From NCBI GenBank assembly GCA_024137785.1, contig JAHRHZ010000150.1, positions 817,627 through 881,626 of the forward strand: 64,000 nt of DNA. Reading direction: 5' to 3'. The DNA is from Ginglymostoma cirratum. Its lineage: Eukaryota. How positions within the stretch are numbered: the first letter of the stretch is position 1; every line of letters starts with the position of its first letter. Positions 1-11,841 of the stretch are shown one piece after another. A program made the translations under genes and the position numbers. The notes beneath the pieces were generated by a model, which was not told where the DNA came from, did not search any database, and saw only the letters and a list, made by a program, of their open reading frames with translations.

Positions 1-769
1 AGATAAGAAATATGAACATTGCCAGGAATACGTTAAGAGCAATGGTTGTGTAGGCCAGGACTTTCCACTGTGCTCCAAATGTGTCTCAACGAATTTGTCA
101 TTACTTATTTGCTTTTAAGTAGAACATCAGGTCTGGGAGCAGGAGTAGACAGTTCAGTCCTTCAAGTCTGCTCTACCATTCGATACCATTATGTCTGATC
201 TCGTCTCGGCCTCAACTGAACTTCCTTGCCCACTCTCCATGACCTTTCATCCCATTACTGATTTAAAATCTGCCTATCCCCTCGTTAAAGTTACTCAATG
301 CCCTGGCATTCACTGCACTTTGGACAATGGAATTCCACAGATTCACAACCCTTTAACAGAAATCATTCTTGCTTATCCCTGTTTTAATTCTGCTAAGCTC
401 TTATACGAAAATGATTATCTTTCATTCCAGATTGCCTCACATGAATAAACATCCCATTGTCAATCCCACTTAGCATCTTATATACCTCAATTAGATCTCC
501 TCTCATTCTTCTAAACTCTAGTGACTGTAGGCATAAGCTGGCAAGTCTCCTATTAAAATAAGCCTTTAATCTCTGAAATTATGTAGAGAACATTCTCTAA
601 ATGACCTACACTTTAATTAGACACAGTTAAATATAAGTAAAGAATGGGTGAGGAATGAATAAAAAAATCATTATACTATTCACCCTTCACTAGTTTCTAG
701 GTTATGTTGGGTCTTAAAGGATGTCAGGGATAATTGCTGTCTTACTTTAGCTGTCTTACAATCTGCGAT

Positions 770-1010
770 GCCCAAAAGCACATCACGGCTTTACAGCCAA
801 TGAAGTTCTTTTGAAATGCAGACAGTGTTGTAACATTGAAAAAACAAATTGAGGATTGTCATCTCCGCGACACCCTAGCAAAGAAAAGCAAAATAATAAG
901 GAAGACAATCGTGCATGGTTTTTGTGGAGATGCGTAGGGGAATAAATGTTGGCTTGTACACATGGTAGAATTCATTTTCACTTCTGACAAGCCATGCTAT
1001 AATTCTTAAA
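770..1010 (+). mobile_element. Old SINE remnant, Deu-domain type (SacSINE1/AmnSINE1-like)
   Basis: gctttacagccaatgaagttcttttgaa...gtgttgtaa core recognised from memory of the Deu-domain consensus; degraded. Confidence 0.5.
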
Positions 1011-3940
1011 AGATATGATGCACTGATGCAGTAACACATACATACAAGGATATATATATACCCAAATCTAAAAAGGTAGCTTGATAAATTTAGAAGTCTG
1101 TTAAAAGGCAGACACACATTTTGGCATTTTAAATAAAGCCACAGATTAGAGTGCTAGTTAGCTACTGGTATTTTCACTGTGCTACTCATGCAGAAGTAGA
1201 GGATAGTCCTTCTGGACATTAGTATGAATCCCACCACAGCAGATATTTATATTTAAATTCTATTTTAAAACAACTAGAATTTTTAACTGATCTAGTGAAA
1301 ATCATGTAAATATGTCAATTGTCACCAAAACCCATCCGGTTTGCTAATCCCCTTTAGCGAAGGAAATCTGCTACCTTTATCTAGTCGTGTAGTTCAAAAT
1401 CATTGATTCTGTGTTGGCAAATCAGCAGAATCGTTTACAATGGCAGGAGAGAATGTCGCCAATAGGTCGCACATTTAAAGTGAATTACAAAATAATCCGA
1501 GTGAAGACATGGAAACACAATCTAAACTGTGAGTTCTGGTGACACAGAATAGACTCTGTCACGTAATGGAAGCAGATTAAAATGTATAGATAACCACGCA
1601 AATTGAGAAAAAGTTGAAATGTGCAACTTGAAGTGCTACAGAAGAAGTGGTTTAATTGAACAACACAACAGAAGAGTCATCATTAACATAATGGGCCAAA
1701 TATCTACCATCTCTCTTGTATCATTCCATGAATATCCTATTTTCATTTTACATCACATTCTACATAAAAGATTAGGCTGGGATGAGTCATCGAGCAATGG
1801 ACTTCTTTTTGGCAGAGACGGTAGAGATTCAGCCTATAGAATCTATACTTGGTTTCTGTAAAGATTTTCAGTTATGCTTATTTACCGTAACTATCCCGTA
1901 GCCCTGCAATTTTGTTTAGTCAAGTGTTCATTCAATTTCCTTCTAAAATCATTGATTAACTCTACTTCCTCAATTCTTGTATGCAGCCAAGTTCCAAGTC
2001 CTTAAGCATCACCGCATCTACTAAGAAAGAAGTCTATTCTCACCTCCCCATGTATCCCTGTCTAAATCTTAAATATGTGACCAATTGCTCTCATAAAGTC
2101 ATCAAATGGGAGCAACTTCTGTTTGGCTTAAGAAACGCATTCTCATTAGAATTAAACTCCTCTGCATGTTCTCAAGGACCTCATATCCTTTATTAATCAA
2201 GCTGTCAAGAAATGGAAGTTATGTTCAATTTATGAACCAACAGAGTTTTATAAAGGTTCAGTATAAGTTTCCGAAATTACTTATGTTAGTTTCATAATTT
2301 GAAGAAGGGGATGAATGTTTTCATGCTATGCAACTGTATGATTCTGTGACACTATAAATTACTGACAGGGGAGAGATAACTCAACTACTCAAATAAGTTT
2401 TCCTGAATTCAGGTAACACATTTTAAAGTTAGATCGGAAAATCTGGTGCATGAGACAATCATATTTCAACTGTTGAGCAAGAAATCGTTCTGATTATCAA
2501 TTTGTAACATTCTTAGGTGAAACTCAAAAAGTGTTGACGGTTTGTAAATGGATTCAGTATCATGTTATTGATAGGTATCATACTAAAGACGGGAACATGG
2601 TCTTCCTGGGCGTTTACAGAGACAACGCTGGAGGATGGCATGGATTGGGAAATGAATATTGAAGGGTTGTAATAGTTTGGAAAGACAGGAAACTGGGAGG
2701 TCATGTAGGCTTGGTTCTGTTCATCATGATGGCCATGAAGCAATAATGTAGGGTGATACAATTCCTGGAGAAGTTGTTAAGGAAGATAGTGAAAATGTTA
2801 AAAGCTGTAACTCACATGTGAAACTGGCTACTGGCCTCCTCAGCATTACTACATATTAGAATGGAAGAAATAAGAGATTGTCAGAAAGGTATGGTGATGA
2901 TCATCAGGGATTTAAAACTGCATCTGCAATCAGGCAGGTAAAGAAAGCATAGCTGAGAGAGGAAACAAGGTGTAGAGCTGGATGAACACAGTAAGCCAAG
3001 CAGCATCAGAGGAGCAGGAAAGCTGATGTTTTGGGTCTGGACCCTTCTTTAGAAATGAGCTGAGAGAGGTCAAAGTTTTCTAGCTTCAACTAGAGATCAG
3101 GTTATATAAGACAAGATATCATGGAAGATACAAAGGGATTCCTCACAGAGAGGAGAGTGGATCTGAGATTAGTATTTTAAACTGAAATACAATAAATGAT
3201 GAGATCATGATGTTAGAACGATCAAAAGAGCGTTGGGAAACTAGATTAAAAGGTAAATGTACAGAGATCCAACAGTAGGCATTTAAGGAGATTGACGATC
3301 ATATAGAGTGAATACATTTCAAAAAGAAAAATTCCACTATGCCAATACACCATTTGTGATTATCTATGAAACCTAAAGTTAGTATTAAAATTAAATGATT
3401 TGCATATAATTATGCAAAGATGGGTGGCAGGTTAGCAGATTGAACAGGATATAATAAAAAAGATCAGAATTACTAAAAAAAAAAGTTAAAAAAGGAGTAT
3501 GTGAGAACCTGAGCTAAGTATAACAGAACAGAAGGCCTCAAAGCAGGAGTAGGTAATTGAGCCCCTTGAGCCTGCTCCACCATTTAATATGAATCATGGC
3601 TGATCATAGCTTAGTCTTAACTGCACTAGTCTGCCCAATATCCATAACTCTTCAAATAGGCATTTGTGGTATGGTGATACTGTCCCAACCACTGGACCTG
3701 GAGACTTGGGTTCAAGTCCCACCTGTGACAGAGGCGAGTGATAGTAGCTCTGAATGGGTTGATTGAAATAAATAAATGAATTATTCCGCAGATTAATAAC
3801 CATTTGAGGTAAGCAATGTCTTATCCCTGTTTTAAATCTGCTACTTATCATCCTAAAACAATGACCTCTCATTCTTGATTGACAAGGGGAAACAGACGCT
3901 CTATGTCTGTTTTGTCAATCGCTAGTCACATTTTTTTTTC

Positions 3941-4235
3941 ACAGAATCCCTACAGTGTGGAAACAGGCCTTTCGGCCCAACAAGTCCACACCAAACCTCA
4001 GAGCATCCCACCCACCTAACCTACACCACCCTGATCACTATGGGCAATTTAGCATGGCCAATCCACCTAACCTGCACATCTTTGGACTGTGGGAGGAAAC
4101 CAGAGCACCCAGAGGAAAGCCACGCTGACACAGGGAGAATGTGCAAACTCCACACAGACAGATGCCCGAGGCTGGAATTGAACCTGGGTCCCTGGTGCTG
4201 TGAGGCAGCAGTACTAGCCACTGAGCCACTATGCC
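3941..4235 (-). mobile_element. tRNA-derived V-SINE (HE1-like)
   Basis: Reverse strand reads gtggctcagtggctagtactgctgcctcacagc...ggttcaattcc (A/B boxes), V-domain tgtgtggagtttgcacattctccc and a LINE-derived tail; nested in a CR1 fragment. Confidence 0.85.
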
Positions 4236-5061
4236 TTTTATCTTATACACCTCAATTAGATTTCCTTTTTTCTTTCTAAACTCCAGCAAGTATAGGCCTA
4301 AACTGCTCAAACCCTCTTCATAAAACAACTCCCTCAACATTGGTCAATATATTGAACCTCCTCTTAACTGTCTCCAATGTACAAACATCCCTCCTCATGT
4401 AAGGGGACTAAAACTGCATGATGAATGAAATATTAAGGGTTGTCAATAAACATAGTTTTGAAGTAATAAAAACGATTATCAGTCTGTTGAATTAATAAAG
4501 ACAAAATGAGGAGATGACAGATAATTAGACTATCTTTATATGTCAGTCAGCAATGTAGTGGATGAAACTGAAATCTCAAAAACGTTTCTAATGATTGAAA
4601 CAGAAGAGATGGAGCAATACAGGAAATGACAAATTTCAGAGAAATGATAGTGAACAATCTGCAGGCTGACAAGTCCTTGAGTCCTACTGCCTTCATCCCA
4701 GGGCCGTTGAAAACTGACTAGTGAGATATGTGATGGACTGTTTTAAATGATCAAATTTCCCTTGATATCGGAAGATTCCATTAGATATGAAATTAATGAA
4801 CATTATAAAATTGCGAATGTAACTTCTTAATAATATAGGAGAACACAGGCCTCTTAGCTTAACGTCTGTCAGGTGCTAAAAGCTATAATTAAATATGTTA
4901 CAGCCATGCAGTTAGAAAAGATCTGGGAATAGGGTATTGTTTTGTGAAAATGAATTCATGTTTAACCAAATCATTTCTTTGAGGCAGCAGTGAGTATTCT
5001 GGATGGAGGGAAATTAGTGAATGCATTGTACTTTAAATATCCAGAAGGCAGCTTATGGGTT

Positions 5062-5493
5062 AGAACAAGGAACAAAGAAAACTTACAGCCCAGGAACAGG
5101 CACTTCAGCCCTCCAAGCCTGTGCCGATCCAAATCTACCGTCTGAACCTATCGCCCAATTCCTAAGGATCTGTATCCCTCTGCTCCCCACCTACTCATGC
5201 ATCTGTCCAGACGCACCTTAAATGAATCTACCGTGCCTGCTTCTACTACCTCTGCTGGCAACGCATTCCAGGCACCTACCACCCTCTGTGTAAAGTACTT
5301 TCCGCGTGTATCCCCCTTAAACTTTTCTCCTCTCACCTTGAATGCGTGACCCCTCATTATTGAATCCCTCACCCTGGGAAAAAGCTTATCTCTATCAACC
5401 CTTCATGATTTTGAAGACCTCAATCAGGTCCCCCCTCAATCTCCTTTTTTCTAATGAAAACAATCCTAACCTACTCAACCTCTGTTCATAGCT
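5062..5493 (-). mobile_element. CR1-clade LINE 3' end (relatively intact)
   Basis: ORF remnant RGHAFKVRGEKFKGDTRGKYFTQRVVGAWNALP typical of the CR1 ORF2 C-terminus; inserted in an older + strand LINE. Confidence 0.85.
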
Positions 5494-5867
5494 AGTTGTA
5501 AAATAAGAAGTTATTGTGGAAATTAGAAACTCATGGAATAATGGGCAACATATTGACATGGATAGAAGATGGTGTTCCTAACTGGGAGCGTGGAGGAGAC
5601 ATAAAAAGAACACTTTCTTTAGTGCAAGAAATGAACAGTGGGGTGTCATACGGATCAGTGCTGGGGACCTGCCTTCATAGTATTTAAGTTGATAACTTAC
5701 TGAATAGATGACTCGTCTCATTTCTAGATCTGTTGGCAAAAAAAGAACAGGTAAGAAACTAAATAGTGTGAATGACATAAGTACGTTGCAATTGGATGCA
5801 GATAAACTGAGTGGGCACAGATTTTGTAATGGACAGAGATGTTGGAACTGCCGATGTTGTTGAATCT

Positions 5868-6957
5868 GAGATAACAAGGTAGAGAACTGGATGAACAGCA
5901 GGCCAAGCAGCATCAGAGGAGCAGGAAAGTTGACGTTTCAGGTCTGGACCCTTCTTCAGAAATGGGGGAGGGGAAGGGATTCTGAAATAAATAGGGAGCC
6001 AGAGGGAGGTGGATAGAAGATTGATAAAGGAGAAGAGAGGTGGAAAGGAGACAGACCGGTCAAAGAGGTGGGGATGGAGCCAGTAAAGGTGAGAGTAGGT
6101 GGAGAGTTAGGGTGGGAATATGTCAGTCTAGGAAGGACGGACAGATCAAGGAGGCGGGATGAGGATGCTAGGTCGGAGGTGGGGGTGGGGCTTGAGGTGG
6201 GAGGAGTGGATAAGTGGGAGGAAGGACGGACAGGTTGGGGAGGCGGGAACGAGCTGGGCCGGTTTTGGGATACAGTTTTTGGGCTGCAGGGTTCCTAAAC
6301 GAAATAGGGGACCACTTTGTGGAGCACCTACGCTCAGTTCACGACAACCAACTTCACCTCCGTGTCGCAAGCCATTTCAACTCCTCCTCCCACTCCTTGG
6401 ACGACATGTCCATACTGGGCCTCCTGCAGTGCCACAACGATGACACCCGAAGGTTGCAGGAACAGCACCTCATATTTCACTTGGGAACCCTGCACCCCAA
6501 TGGTATCAATATGGACTTCACAAGCTTCAAAATCTCCCCTCCCCCGACTGCATCCCATAAACAGCCCAGCTTGTCCCCGCTTCCCTAATCTGTCCATTCT
6601 TCCTCCCACCTATCCACTCCTCCCACTTGAAGCCCCACCCCACCTCCTTCCTACCAGCTTCATCCCGCCTCCTTGACCTGTCCCTCCTTCCTGGACTGAC
6701 CTATCCCCTCCCTAACTCCCCACCTACACTCACCTTTACCAGCTCCATACCCGCCTCTTTGACCGGTCTGTCTCCTCTCCACCTATCCTCTCCTTTGTCC
6801 ATCTTCTATCCGCCTCCCTCTCTCTCCCTATTTATTTCAGAATCCTCTTCCCCTCCCCCATTTCTGAAGAAGGGTCCAGACCCAAAACGTCAGCTTTCCT
6901 GCTCCTCTGATGCTGGTTGGCCTGCTGTGTTCATCCAGGTCTGTACCTTGTTATCTC
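5868..6957 (+). mobile_element. Penelope-like element remnant with inverted terminal arms and GIY-YIG C-terminal fragment
   Basis: About 5868-6255 and 6565-6957 are reverse complements; the centre encodes IGDHFVEHLRSV...VASHFN...LQEQHLIFHLGTLHPNGINMDF. Confidence 0.85.
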
Positions 6958-7872
6958 TTATTTAGTAATGGACAATAATGATAGACAATAGCTTGGGAGG
7001 AACAGTAAAGTAACATGTTATCTAAATAGTTAATGAATACACAACTCTGAGATGCAGAATGATCTAGAAGTCATAGTTTATGAATCTCAAAATGTTGCTA
7101 CATGGATACGGCAGATAATCAGGAAAACTTATGTAATGCTACTGCATATTGAGAGAGCAATTGACCACAAATTTTTTGAGATTATGCTTCAATTATGCCA
7201 GACACTGCTGTGACCATACCAAGTGCAATCACTGAGTAGCAGAATTTTACAGCACAGAAAATAGCTCTTCTGTCCATCGAGTCTGTGCTGGTCAGAAGCA
7301 ATCAACATTTTGATTTCAGTATTAGTCTCCTTATTTAAAGAAGGATGTAAATGCATTGGAAGGAGTTTACAAAATGTGTACTAGACTAAGATCTGGAAAG
7401 GCTGAGTCTGGGTTTGTATCCGTTGGAGTTTAAACGAGGAATAACCAATTGGAAAGAAGTATATAAGATCCTGAGGTGTGTTTATAAGGCGGATGATGGT
7501 AGAAAATGTTTCTTCTTGTGGAAGAATCTAAAACAAGATATCACTAATGAAAAACAAATGGAATAGCCTGCTTAAAATGGAGATATTAGACACTTCTGAT
7601 TGCACAGAGGGTGATGAGCTTTGTAACACTTAAAAAACGGCAGAGGTGGATAGATTTGTAAAGCAACAGGGTCAAATGTTCTCACAGGTAGTTGGAAACA
7701 TGCAGCATTCAGATTGGGTTTGACCTTTATGAAATGATAGGATATGTTCAATGGTTGGTTTGCTCTGCTTGTGCACGTGTTCCTATGTAGATGCATTTTT
7801 ATAATTCTTGGATGACAATCATTCACCTCATGTCACCTACATTTGCATTTTATTTGTTTATTCATCATGCAG

Positions 7873-8217
7873 AGCACCCGGTTAAATTTCCCAAAGTCAC
7901 GATCCTCAAACCATCACCAGCAGAGCTGAGAGAGAAACGGAAAGCGACCGTGGTGTGCCTTGTCACCGACTTCTATCCCGACAACATCCAGATCCACTGG
8001 TATGTCAATGGTGAGAAGCAGCCGGAGAACGACGCGAAAATTCAGTCAGACCCCGAATCCATCATACAGGAAGACAGTAAATCCTACAGCGCCAGCAGTC
8101 GGATAAGATTCAACGAAGAACAATGGCTCGAGTTGACGAAAGTTGAGTGCAGAGTTAATCATTATACAAATGGATCAGAGCCTACTTCGTACACGTCGCA
8201 GTTTTACGTCAATGCTG
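7873..8217 (+). CDS. TRBC: T-cell receptor beta constant region exon 1 (Ig C1 domain)
   Basis: catgcAG acceptor and GTatgt donor, phase 1-1, 345 bp. Encodes (E)HPVKFPKVTILKPSPAELREKRKATVVCLVTDFYPDNIQIHWYVNG...YSASSRIRF...ECRVNHY...VNA, with the C1-set Cys-Trp-Cys and the TRBC KATxVCL motif. Confidence 0.95.
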
Positions 8218-8600
8218 GTATGTTCGTGAGTAAGAAACATATTTTAAACTCCAAAGACAGCTTTATAAAGGCCCCATGCTCTTTCAAATAAAACGCCAAG
8301 CAGATCATAAAGTCCAGCATTCATTAAATCACTGAATCCTTCATGGAGCAAATGGGAGACAATGTAAATGTTATAGGATATCCGTTATGCATGTGTATAA
8401 AATAAAGACCACAACAGTCACAGCATATCAGTATTACTGTACCCTCCAGCTTTTACATGATGATTGAAAAACATATTCCTGCTGTAATTCAGCTAGGCAC
8501 AGTAAACTTTAATGAATGCAAGTTGTTGATGGCAGGAGGGATAGAGCAATATAATGAGAGAGATAAGAAAAAGAAAGTGGATTCAGTGTTGGCAGTAGAG

Positions 8601-8798
8601 GAGATAAAAGGTACTGCAGATGCCGGAGAATCCGAGATAACAAGCGTGGGGCTGGATGAACACAGCAGGTCAAGCAGCATCATAGGAGCAGGAAAACTTG
8701 ACGTTTCGGGCCTAGACCCTTCCCGAAATGTCAAGTTTTCCTGCTCCTATGATGCTGCTTGACCTGCTGTGTTCATCCAGCCTCATGCTTGTTATCTC
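8601..8798. mobile_element. Short fold-back Penelope-derived element with 14-bp target site duplication
   Basis: Near-perfect inverted repeat 8633-8798; agtgttggcagtag at 8585-8598 and 8799-8812; lies in TRBC intron 1. Confidence 0.85.
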
Positions 8799-8920
8799 AG
8801 TGTTGGCAGTAGTTTTTTTTTGGTGCTGCAGACGTGATGGGCCGAATTACCTCTTCTTTATTGTATCTTCTATGATTTTACATTCTGATATTAACCGCTT
8901 GCATATCTCATTTCTTTCAG

Positions 8921-8941
8921 AAACCTGCGGCATGAGTAAAG
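8921..8941 (+). CDS. TRBC: TRBC exon 2 (connecting peptide with interchain Cys)
   Basis: tttctttcAG / GTgagc, 21 bp, phase 1-1, encodes (E)TCGMSK. Confidence 0.92.
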
Positions 8942-9574
8942 GTGAGCCTCAAAATTGCTTCTACCTGTTTCTTGTAAGGACTCTTTATTAGGGATGTGTT
9001 GTCTTCGAACTGCCAATGCGATTCCGAAGATATGTGGGTATGTGCGATGTCAGCTGAAAGGTTGAGTTAGAGACTCTTTGTTTGTTCTGCTTAGAGACCA
9101 GGAGCTTGAAAGGATGTCTGATTTAGGTGTTGATTTAGTCAGGTTTGGAAAACTAAAGTACAGAAGCTATTACCTGATAGCATGGGTGCTACTGGACTCA
9201 AAATTAAGGTTTACTGCAAGAAATGTCAGGACGATATCAAGAATAAGCTGTTTTACATTCACAAATGGTCATGGCTTGGAGGTCGAAATGAACTGGATAC
9301 TAAAGCTGTCAATGCTTTTGACAGGACAGCTGAGGTGCATATGGTATAAATAAATAACATGCACAGAAAAAAAAGACCATTCAGCCCATTCTGTCTGCAC
9401 CAATTCAACGAAGGACTATCATCATCTAATGCCAATCTCTTACCTTTTCTCATCCTCTTGAACGTCATTTATATCAAAATATTCGTCTAACACTGTTTTC
9501 AATGCCTCAAATGAGACTGCCTCCACCACATTATCATAGCTGGAGGGAAAGACCATGTTGTGGAAGCAGGGACG

Positions 9575-10375
9575 CAAAAGACCACAACAGGCTAGGAGGT
9601 TGGGCAAAGAAGTGGCAGATGGAATGGAATGTGGTGTGTGGTTATGCACTAAGGTAAGAAGAAGAGAGGCATAGACGATTTTCTAAACGGGGAAATGCTT
9701 AGGAAATCTGAAGAACAACGAGTATTTGGCGTTCTAGTTCAGGACTCTCTTAAGGTTAAGGTGCAGATTCAGTTAGTAGTTAGGAAGGCAAATGAGATGC
9801 TTGCATTCATTTCATGTCAGCTAGGCGAAAAAATGGAATATTGTGAGCAGTTCTGAGGCTGAATCTGGAAGGATGTGCTAGCCTTGGAGAAGGTCCAAAG
9901 GAAGTTTACCAGAATGACCCCGGGGATGAACTCCTTGTCATATGAGGAGTGGTTGAGGACTCTGGGTTTGAATTCGATAAAATTTGAAAGATAAGGTGAA
10001 TCTGTTTGAACCTTACAGAATCCTGAAAGGCCTGAAAAGATTGGATGTGGAAAAGATGTTTCCTCTAATAGGAGGGACTAGGGCCTGACCGCACAGCCTC
10101 ACAGTGTAGGCATGACCCTTTTGAACTGAGATGAGGAGGAATTTCTTCAGACAGAAACTGGTAAATCCGTAGAACTCTTTCCCACAGAGGGTTGTAGGGC
10201 AACGTCATTGAGTGTGTTTAAGGCAGGCATTGATATATTCTTGATTAGTAAGTGAATCAAAGGTCACGGAGAGAAGGCAGGAAATGAGGATGAAAAACAT
10301 GTCAACCGTGCTTGAATGATGGAGTAGATGCTATGGGCTTATTGCCAAATTATCCTCCTATATCTTGTGGTTTTG
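9575..10375 (+). mobile_element. Degraded CR1-clade LINE 3' portion
   Basis: Same CR1 ORF2 end motifs (gagatgaggaggaatttctt...) with many stops. Confidence 0.75.
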
Positions 10376-11734
10376 TGTCTTAACTACTGGCTTTGCAAAA
10401 TATCATTTTTTTCCTCTTATCTCACATTTCTTTTGCAATCACTTTAAATCTATGCCCTCTTGACCTTGATCCTTTTTCTGAGTGGAAACAGTTTCTTTCC
10501 ATCTACACTGTCCAAACTAGTCCTGATTTTGAAAACCTTTAGATGGTCTTTTCTCAGCCTTCTTCTCTCCAAGGGGTACAGTCTCAACTTCTTCAACCCA
10601 CCTTTTGAATTACAACAACAATGCATGGAGGTAAAGAGACAAAATGTGAACTGACTTGGCCGGTCTACAGAGAGCCCCTGGGAGTCAAAGTCTGAGAGAT
10701 ATCCTTCAAGCAGAACATTAACTGACCAGATCATTGTTGCTGATGTTTTCTGAGGATTGTACATTTGTGTCCACAGCTCTGAGGACCACTCAGAGAACCA
10801 ATATTGTTGCAGCTTTTGTATGTATGGACAACAAAACAGCTGTCCCCTTGGTTTTGCATTCTATCTGAAATAAAACACATCCCAGTATGTACAGACCCTG
10901 TTTCCAGGGCATCGATTTGGATTATGGAGCTGAAATTCCTCGAAAGCGTTTTCACCATGATTTCATGACATAGTATATCCTACTCACTTCTTCCGAACTC
11001 ATACAGTCTTCCTGGTCAAATTTCCAATTCAGCCTTTGCCTTGTATTGTGGGGTCAAAACTTATTATCTCTCAAATTATCTCAGAGTAGTATCGAGATAT
11101 TTATAGTGGCTATAATGTCTTAATACAGCAGAAATGCTGTAATGAAGTAATTCTGCAGTCATTGAATCAAAGATGAAGTCTTTTCTTAGTCACATTTTAA
11201 AATTCGTTTTTGCGGGATATGGGGATTATTGGTTGGGCCAGCTTTTATTGCCCGTCCTTAGTGGCCATTGAGAAGGTAGTGGTGAGTTGCCTTCTTCAAC
11301 ATCTGCTGTCCATGTGCTGAAGATTGATCCGGGAGTTCCTGGATTTCGACTGAGTCACAATGAAAGAAAGGCGCTATATTTCCAAATCAGAATAGTGAAT
11401 ATCTTAGAAGGGAAATTGAAGGTTGTGGCGTTCAAATGTTTCTCATGCCCCTGTCCTTCTAGATAGAAGATCTGGGGATCTTTGATAAATTGCTTCAATG
11501 TATCTTGTAGATATTATATACTGCAGTTACTGAGCGCCGGTGGTGGGGGGAGTGGATGATTGTGTATATGGTACCTATCAAGTTGGTTGTTTTGTCCTGG
11601 ATCGTGTCAAGCTTCTTATTCCAACGTAACCTTGCGTTCATGATGGGAAACGGTGTTCCTTCTAGCAAATGTAGTTTTTTTTCTTTTTGTCTGTAAAGAG
11701 GAATACCAAATTTTTCACTCCATTCACTTCACAG

Positions 11735-11841
11735 AAGCTAAAGCCCAGAGCATGACAACAGCCAGAATGACGTACCTTATGGTACTTTGCAAGAGCATCC
11801 TGTATGCATTGTTCGTGTCAATGATTGTTTGGAAGTCCAAG
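11735..11841 (+). CDS. TRBC: TRBC exon 3 (transmembrane)
   Basis: cttcacAG / GTaaga, 107 bp, phase 1-0. Encodes (E)AKAQSMTTARMTYLMVLCKSILYALFVSMIVWKSK with the conserved antigen-receptor TM pattern Y.....K...Y. Confidence 0.95.

Noticed and set aside
917-944. Perfect nonamer GGTTTTTGT upstream of TRBC, possible J RSS
   Set aside because: No heptamer at 12 or 23 bp and no FGxG segment; lies inside an old SINE.
7791-8291. 166-aa ORF as a standalone protein
   Set aside because: It is TRBC exon 1 plus intronic read-through at both ends.
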